A stretch of DNA of 64,000 bases from a bacterium (GTDB lineage: Bacteria > BMS3Abin14). Of this stretch, positions 58,196 through 64,000 are shown piece by piece (the first letter of the stretch is position 1; every line of letters begins with the position of its first letter). Under the pieces are notes generated by a model. It was not told where the DNA came from, made no database searches, and was given only the letters and a program-made list of their open reading frames with translations. The translations under genes were made by a program, and so were the position numbers. Where the stretch lies: positions 308,999 through 372,998 of the forward strand of contig CP070719.1 of the NCBI GenBank assembly GCA_020350725.1, in the 5' to 3' direction.

Positions 58196-58338
58196 GGGTG
58201 GAAAGCAGGAATCGCCGATCAGGGACCGGGATAGTCCTTTGTCCCGGCCTTAGCCCCTTTACCTCGGGTACCAGGTTCCCTTGCCCTCGGAGCGGGATCT
58301 CCGGGGCCCGGGCGGGGCCGTAAAGTGGGCACTCCATT

Positions 58339-59655
58339 GTGATCAAGTCGTGCTATGTTAGTCACATCTGCCCACGTTGCGGCGGAGAAGTGGTCTTTGA
58401 CCAGGAGGCCACGGCTACCAAGTGCCTCTATTGCGGCGCGGGTTTGATGGTGCTGGGAGGGCGCTCCTCCTGGCTGAATTTCCTCATTAAGCCCAAGATC
58501 GAGGTAAAAGATACCGTCGGAGCCATCACCACCATTGCCCAGAAAAACGGATGGAGACCACCCCTTGTCCGCTCCGTCATCCCCTTTTTCTATCCCTTTT
58601 ACCGGACCAGGGGACATGCCATAAAATGGACGAGAGGAGAGAAGAAAGCCCAGAGTGACCCGGTTGGCGAGATCGTCGAAGATGTGGTGACACGGAGTTA
58701 CGATATCATGAGATCGGCCCATGAGGACCTGTCCTGCGGGCTGTTCTCGCCGGGTTTCAGGGTGCAGACCCTCCACCTCTACCTCGCTACCAGGGAAAAC
58801 GCGGGCAAATGGCCCTTCCTCGAAAATCAGACTGACAGGAACACCTTTCTCGACAAGACAAGAGGGAACTCAGTCGATGGACTCGAATCACCCGGAGTGC
58901 AGGTGCGGGAGGAGATGGCCTTCCAGATCCGGGAGCGTCACTCCGTGGTCTATTTCCCCTTTTCCCTCGTGGAGATCCGCGAAGGAAACCAGATCAGGCA
59001 ACTCCTCATCGATGCCGTCGGCGGAGCGCTCGTCCGGCAGTTAGGCCACGAGGAGATGGAACTGCTGCTGGACAACATGGGCCAGAGTGGCGCCAAGTCG
59101 CCCGGAGAGGGCCGCCTGAAACTGATCCCTCTCATCTGTCCTGAGTGCGCCGGCGATCTCGATCCGAGCACCACCGCGGTTGTCCGATTCTGCAGGAGCT
59201 GCGGCAGGGCCTGGGAGGCCGGAGGAGCGCGCATGAGGGAACGGGAGTGTCTCTGGGCAGGCACTGAAGTGATCGTTCGTGGGGAGGGAACAATCTTCCT
59301 GCCTTTCTGGAGGAGGAGCGATGCGGAGAGGACCTTTTTGATACCGGCATTCGGTGTCCGTTCTCCCCAAAACCTGTATAATATCAGTCAGCGCTACTGC
59401 GAGGCCCGTTATCCCGCGGATCCCGTACCCTACGACAGCAGACTCCGCATCGAGGCCCTGAATGCCCAGATCCAGGCCGACGAGGCAGATGAGATGATCG
59501 AGATACTATCCTTAACAACAGACATAAAGCCCTTAAACAGACGTGCAGGTGGCCAGAATCTGGTCCTCATCCCGTTTCGGCGGCGGGGACCGGACCTGGT
59601 GGACCACTACCACGGCTTGGCCGTTCCTATCGGAACCCTGGAGGTCAGGCTATGA
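58339..59655 (+). CDS. hypothetical protein with N-terminal and internal zinc-ribbon motifs
   Basis: CPRCGG-x15-CLYCG at the N-terminus; CPECAG-x15-CRSCG internally. Confidence 0.5.
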   Translation: MIKSCYVSHICPRCGGEVVFDQEATATKCLYCGAGLMVLGGRSSWLNFLIKPKIEVKDTVGAITTIAQKNGWRPPLVRSVIPFFYPFYRTRGHAIKWTRGEKKAQSDPVGEIVEDVVTRSYDIMRSAHEDLSCGLFSPGFRVQTLHLYLATRENAGKWPFLENQTDRNTFLDKTRGNSVDGLESPGVQVREEMAFQIRERHSVVYFPFSLVEIREGNQIRQLLIDAVGGALVRQLGHEEMELLLDNMGQSGAKSPGEGRLKLIPLICPECAGDLDPSTTAVVRFCRSCGRAWEAGGARMRERECLWAGTEVIVRGEGTIFLPFWRRSDAERTFLIPAFGVRSPQNLYNISQRYCEARYPADPVPYDSRLRIEALNAQIQADEADEMIEILSLTTDIKPLNRRAGGQNLVLIPFRRRGPDLVDHYHGLAVPIGTLEVRL

Positions 59656-61241
59656 GACCGAGCAGTTGGGATGCAGGCAGACATCTGTCGAGGACATTCC
59701 TCTCACTGATCCTTTTTCTGCTGATGCTGGTCGGTGCCGGTATCACCCTGGCAACCGGCGAAGAAGGTGCCCCATCCGGCAGCAGTGAAACCCGGGCGGA
59801 AGGTGGTTCCGAGTCGGGCTCCGGCCGGATCATTCGGATCACCGTCGAGGGGCCCATCAACCCCATCACGGCGGAATACATTGAACACCACATACTGAAG
59901 GCGGAGGAAGAAAAGGCTACCTTCCTGATTCTCCAGCTCGACACGCCCGGGGGGCTCATGGAATCCACCCGCCAGATCGTAAAGGCGGAGTTCGCCTCCA
60001 AGGTGCCCATGGCCGTCTACGTGGCGCCCCCGGGAGCGCGTGCGGCTTCGGCCGGTGTATTCATAACGATGGCTGCCCATGTCGCTGCAATGGCACCGGG
60101 CACGAACATCGGTGCGGCCCATCCCGTCAATATAGGGGGAGGAGGATTCCCCGGCCAGCCCAGGAAGGAGGAGCCCTCGAAAGAACCCGCGCAGAGTCAA
60201 AAAGACCAGGATCAGGACGGTTCATCGGACTCTGGGCAGGAGAAAGAAGGCGACACAGGTAAGGAAGAGGAGGAAAAAGGGACCGAGGAGCCGGCTCCGA
60301 AGGGCGACGAGGTGATGGCTCAGAAGATTGTCAACGATACGGTGGCCTTCGTCCGTACCATAGCGGAGCGATATGGCAGAAACGCCGACTGGGCCGAGAG
60401 GGCCGTCAGGGAGAGCATCTCATCCACCGAAAAGGAAGCCCTCAGTGAGGGAGTTATCGACCTTATCGCTGAGGACGTGGATGAACTGCTCGAGATGATC
60501 GACGGACGGGTGGTAAAGGTCTCCGGAGAGGACCTGACCTTGAAGGTGGCAGGCTTGCCGATCATCGACAGACCCATGGACTGGCGAAGGAAGATCCTGG
60601 CAGCCGTTACCGATCCCAACGTGGCCTATATCCTCCTGATGCTCGGTATCTACGGTATCTTCTTCGAACTGGCCAATCCCGGCGTAGTCCTCCCCGGTGT
60701 GTTGGGGGGCATCTTCCTCATCCTGGCTTTTTTCTCATTCCAGGTCCTTCCTATTAATTACGCGGGGATTCTCCTCATCTTTCTGGCCATTATCCTCTTT
60801 ATCCTGGAGATCAAGGTCACTTCCTTCGGCATGCTCACCGTGGGCGGTATTGTCTCCCTCTTCCTGGGAAGCATTATGCTCTTTGACTCCCCCGAACCCT
60901 ATTTCCGGGTGTCCCGGTCCCTCATCGTGGGAGTCACCGGCTTCACCGCCCTCTTCTTTGTCCTGGGTGTGGGGTTGGCCGTCAGGGCTCACAGAAAGAG
61001 GCCGACGACGGGGTTCGAGGGGCTGATCGGTAAGACGGGAGTGGCGACCACCGACCTGATCCCCGCAGGCAAGATCAAGGTGCACGGCGAGATCTGGTCA
61101 GCCAGGAGCAATATTCCCGTCAGAGCCGGGGATGCGGTCCGGGTAGCGAGTGCGGACGGGATGCTGCTGGACGTGATCCCCCTGGACGATCCCGAAGGGG
61201 GGGATGCAGGCAGAGAGGAAACGGGGAAACAGGGGGAATAA
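59652..61241 (+). CDS. NfeD-family membrane-bound ClpP-class serine protease (long form) with acidic low-complexity insert
   Basis: ClpP-like fold motifs (LQLDTPGG, AASAGVFITMAAHVAAMAPGTNIGAAHPV), multi-TM segment, C-terminal OB-like domain. A D/E/K-rich insert lies at aa ~165-215. Confidence 0.75.
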   Translation: MRPSSWDAGRHLSRTFLSLILFLLMLVGAGITLATGEEGAPSGSSETRAEGGSESGSGRIIRITVEGPINPITAEYIEHHILKAEEEKATFLILQLDTPGGLMESTRQIVKAEFASKVPMAVYVAPPGARAASAGVFITMAAHVAAMAPGTNIGAAHPVNIGGGGFPGQPRKEEPSKEPAQSQKDQDQDGSSDSGQEKEGDTGKEEEEKGTEEPAPKGDEVMAQKIVNDTVAFVRTIAERYGRNADWAERAVRESISSTEKEALSEGVIDLIAEDVDELLEMIDGRVVKVSGEDLTLKVAGLPIIDRPMDWRRKILAAVTDPNVAYILLMLGIYGIFFELANPGVVLPGVLGGIFLILAFFSFQVLPINYAGILLIFLAIILFILEIKVTSFGMLTVGGIVSLFLGSIMLFDSPEPYFRVSRSLIVGVTGFTALFFVLGVGLAVRAHRKRPTTGFEGLIGKTGVATTDLIPAGKIKVHGEIWSARSNIPVRAGDAVRVASADGMLLDVIPLDDPEGGDAGREETGKQGE

Positions 61242-61329
61242 AATAGGGTAGGGGATTGACGAGGGGCAATTGACCCGGTTTTCCTCTCCCGTCATCCATT
61301 CCCTATTTCCGGAAAAGGAGGTCTAAAAG

Positions 61330-62106
61330 ATGTACTACCTGCTTACAAATCCTGTTGTCGTCATCGTCGTCATTGCCATAATGGCCATCTTCGCGAGTCT
61401 CAAGATCCTGAGGGAGTACGAGAGGGGTGTCATCTTCCGCCTGGGCCGCCTGGTCGCCGCGAGAGGCCCCGGGCTGATCATCGTCATCCCGGGACTGGAG
61501 AAGATGGTCAGGGTAAGCCTCCGTCTTGTGACAATGGATGTCCCGCCCCAGGACATCATCACGAGGGACAACGTCTCGGTAAAGGTCAACGCGGTGGTCT
61601 ACTTCAGGGTCATGGGTCCGGACAAGGCGATCGTGGAGGTGGAGGATTTCTTCTATGCCACCAGCCAGCTCGCTCAGACCACTCTGCGGAGCGTTCTCGG
61701 CCAGGTAGAGCTCGACGACCTGCTCTCGGAGCGGGAGAAGATCAACCATCAGCTCCAGGAGATCCTCGACACGGCAACGGACCCCTGGGGAGTAAAGGTG
61801 ACAACAGTTGAGATCAAGCACGTGGACCTTCCCCAGGAGATGCAGCGTGCCATGGCCAGACAGGCCGAGGCGGAACGTGAGAGAAGGGCCAAGGTCATCG
61901 CTGCGGAAGGTGAATTCCAGGCTGCTGACAAGCTGGGCCAGGCTGCCGAGATCATTGCCAGGAATCCCCAGGCCCTGCAGCTGAGATACCTCCAGACCCT
62001 GAGGGAGATCGCAACGGAGAACAATTCCACCACCCTCTTTCCCATCCCCATGGACCTTGTCAACGCGTTCATGACCCACCTGGGGAAAAAACCCGAGGGG
62101 ACATAG
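61330..62106 (+). CDS. SPFH/band-7 stomatin-like protein
   Basis: N-terminal TM plus stomatin core ([13 protein letters not shown]...[26 protein letters not shown]); Ala/Glu-rich coiled-coil C-terminus. Immediately downstream of NfeD. Confidence 0.85.
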   Translation: MYYLLTNPVVVIVVIAIMAIFASLKILREYERGVIFRLGRLVAARGPGLIIVIPGLEKMVRVSLRLVTMDVPPQDIITRDNVSVKVNAVVYFRVMGPDKAIVEVEDFFYATSQLAQTTLRSVLGQVELDDLLSEREKINHQLQEILDTATDPWGVKVTTVEIKHVDLPQEMQRAMARQAEAERERRAKVIAAEGEFQAADKLGQAAEIIARNPQALQLRYLQTLREIATENNSTTLFPIPMDLVNAFMTHLGKKPEGT

Positions 62107-62121
62107 ACGGGCGGGAGGAGC

Positions 62122-62865
62122 TTGGAAAGAATGGAATTACCATCACAGGTTGTTGCCCGCTTCCGCTATGTTTTCATCGCGGCTGTCCTCATTCTCCTCG
62201 TCCTCTCCCTTGCCAGCCTGGCAGCGGGTATCGTCAAGGGCGTATCGCTGATCCTGAGCCCGGCCGACCTGAAGCCGGGGTCAGGATCCCTGTTCCTGTC
62301 CTACTTCATACGCGCCGCCTTTCTCTACTTCCTTGCAGTGGCCTTCTCCACGCTCTTTCTTGGCGATCTTCCCGTCCCCCAATGGATGGTGGTCAGGAAT
62401 CTTTTCCATTTCAAGATCAAGGTCCTGACCTTTGTGGCAGTGATCATTGCCCTGAATTTTCTGCGCATCCTGGCCGATGGGGACAGGACATCCGCCGATC
62501 TGCTCCAGGCCGGAGGCGGTATATTCCTGGTGCTCGCCGGCATTTTTCTGGTCACCCGCATGGGGGGGCCGTCGGGTGATGAGATGCTTGCCAGGGAAGG
62601 CAACCGGCCTCACGGGACGCCGACCGGCGAGAGAAGGAGAAACAGCGAAAGGCGGAAGGCCGATCGGAGAAAGTCCGAGGACGGGGTCTGGCCGGAAGAG
62701 GCGAGAGACGGATTGAAATTCGAGAGGAAAACCATCCCCAATGGTGGGGATGTGGAGGAAAGCGGCAGACGCGAAGAAAGAGTCAACGGAAACGTGACAG
62801 TCAGACCGGGACCGAGGAGGCCGCCGCGACGGAGGTCGAGAAGCCGTAAGGAAGGTGGTCGGTGA
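62122..62865 (+). CDS. hypothetical membrane protein with Arg-rich C-terminal tail
   Basis: 4-5 TM helices, then a basic tail (RRRNSERRKADRRKSE...RRPPRRRSRSRKEGGR). Confidence 0.45.
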   Translation: MERMELPSQVVARFRYVFIAAVLILLVLSLASLAAGIVKGVSLILSPADLKPGSGSLFLSYFIRAAFLYFLAVAFSTLFLGDLPVPQWMVVRNLFHFKIKVLTFVAVIIALNFLRILADGDRTSADLLQAGGGIFLVLAGIFLVTRMGGPSGDEMLAREGNRPHGTPTGERRRNSERRKADRRKSEDGVWPEEARDGLKFERKTIPNGGDVEESGRREERVNGNVTVRPGPRRPPRRRSRSRKEGGR

Positions 62866-62880
62866 ATTTCAGGGGACAGC

Positions 62881-62950
62881 CCCAGATCCAAGATCCGAAG
62901 TCCAGAGGGTGTTTTCGAAGTCGAGCATAACTCAGCCTTGATTTTGGATC
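62881..62950. repeat. heptamer-period repeat with inverted copy
   Basis: agatcca agatccg aagtcca ... followed by ttggatcttgg (inverted). Confidence 0.4.
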
Positions 62951-63014
62951 TTGGAATTTACATGTTGGATTCAATTGGGGCCGCCGCACCTTCATAGAAA
63001 GGAAGAGAGAACGA

Positions 63015-63800
63015 ATGCAGATACTCAGAATCCACCCCAAGTACTATTCCGACGAGAGGTTGAACAGCGAGCACGACTTCCTTCACCAGCTGTTTGAGAG
63101 TCTCAGCGGGGAAGAGGGAGCTCTGACCGAGCATGCGGACTATTTCCGCTACAACGGAAGACGGGGCCTTCTTTATGAACGGCACAGGATCCTTGTGGAG
63201 GAGATGATCACCAGGGGCCTGTCCCATACCACTCTCATCGACCGCCGTAAGATCGAACCGGAGGAATGGAAGCCGTTGGAGACAACAGAAGATGAAGTCC
63301 TCGCCCATCGTGACCTGGTCAAGGAAGAGGGGGACGCCGGCAGGAAAGAGCTTCCCGATGACGACAACGTGATAGAACTCTCCGGGGAGGAAGAACTGCG
63401 CTCCGTACTGGTGGGGGTGACCGAGCAGGATGTCCTGTTCGGATTGTGGAAGCGATACAGGCACCTGGTCATGGAGCGTTCCTACGGCCGTTATCGAAAT
63501 CTGGCCGATCCCATCCAGGGCAAGGGGCGAGGGCAGGTGTGGATGCTTTTCGACCTGATGATCGAGGAGGCCTTCGCGTCGGACCCTGAAGACGGGGCCC
63601 CGAGGACAGCCTACGAGACGATCTGGGAGGAGGTGGAGGAAGGGGCGACAGCCGAGGAGAAGGAGGACTTCAACAGGCTTCTCGATGGCCTGGAGCCGGC
63701 AAAGGTCAGCCTTGCGATGCGCGGATTCCTTGCCGGCGTGGTCTCCCGGTGCCGTCACGAGGAGCTGCTCAAGTCCCAACTGTTCAAGGATTATCTCTAA
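63015..63800 (+). CDS. pyrimidine-dimer DNA glycosylase-like protein (Pyr_excise/T4 endonuclease V family) with acidic C-terminal extension
   Basis: N-terminus MQILRIHPKYYSDERL...L.....GALTEHADYFRY...LYERHRILVEEMITRG resembles the MRLWSLHPKYLD...GYKNHP...RF...Y...E...RG pattern of this family. Assignment is from memory only. Confidence 0.4.
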   Translation: MQILRIHPKYYSDERLNSEHDFLHQLFESLSGEEGALTEHADYFRYNGRRGLLYERHRILVEEMITRGLSHTTLIDRRKIEPEEWKPLETTEDEVLAHRDLVKEEGDAGRKELPDDDNVIELSGEEELRSVLVGVTEQDVLFGLWKRYRHLVMERSYGRYRNLADPIQGKGRGQVWMLFDLMIEEAFASDPEDGAPRTAYETIWEEVEEGATAEEKEDFNRLLDGLEPAKVSLAMRGFLAGVVSRCRHEELLKSQLFKDYL

Positions 63801-63841
63801 CCGGTGTGTGGAGTCTAGGATCAAGGCTCTGGAAGCCGGAC

Positions 63842-64000
63842 ATTACAGGCACTCATTGACCATCATCCGCTTCAGTTTCGCCGCCGCCGGAGGTCCCGAG
63901 CTGCCCGCCTCGTAGGTGAGAAGCCGTCCCGCCCTATCCGGGCAGGTTTCGCATTCTTTGAGGACCGGATCCATGAAGGCCCACGTTCTGTCGATGCCGT
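63842..64000 (-). CDS. C-terminal part of a hypothetical protein (continues beyond window end)
   Basis: Minus-strand frame is open to the window edge, ending ...PVLKECETCPDRAGRLLTYEAGSSGPPAAAKLKRMMVNECL at 63842. Confidence 0.3.

Overview
This is a high-GC (about 60-63%) bacterial chromosomal segment with dense coding on both strands. It is probably from an anaerobe: several ferredoxins, a HoxEFU-like flavoprotein module, a two-subunit pyruvate carboxylase and a TAT-exported Fe-S aldo/keto reductase are present.

Clear housekeeping blocks:
- tig-clpP-clpX-lon
- glmU-glmS
- pycA-pycB
- a yggS / proC / yggT / divIVA / yggU cell-division neighbourhood
- uvrD/pcrA-type helicase
- ClC channel with CBS domains
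- NfeD plus a stomatin-like pair
- tRNA-Leu(TAG), tRNA-Val(TAC), tRNA-Asp(GTC)

I found no CRISPR array, transposase, integrase or phage genes.

Accessory content worth a second look:
1. A TetR-headed minus-strand operon (13908-18600) encoding an AdoMet-decarboxylase-like pyruvoyl proenzyme, a FemAB-type GNAT, an ATP-grasp ligase and a fold-III PLP decarboxylase. This is a candidate pathway for an undescribed modified polyamine or pseudo-peptide.
2. A Kelch-repeat lipoprotein gene carrying an in-frame block of about 590 bp of very AT-rich sequence.
3. A family of intergenic period-7 (heptamer) tandem arrays, often linked to a GTGCTCTGACCCCGT motif.
4. tRNA-Leu followed by two tandem ~125-bp repeats, each re-creating the tRNA 3' end.
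5. A TetR regulator with GTAC-rich operators controlling a secreted triheme cytochrome c.
6. A low-GC islet (22772-24227).
7. A cluster of an SPFH protein with a C-terminal zinc-ribbon array, a zinc-ribbon protein, NfeD and a stomatin-like protein.

All calls are from reading the sequence and translated ORFs by eye. No database searches were run.
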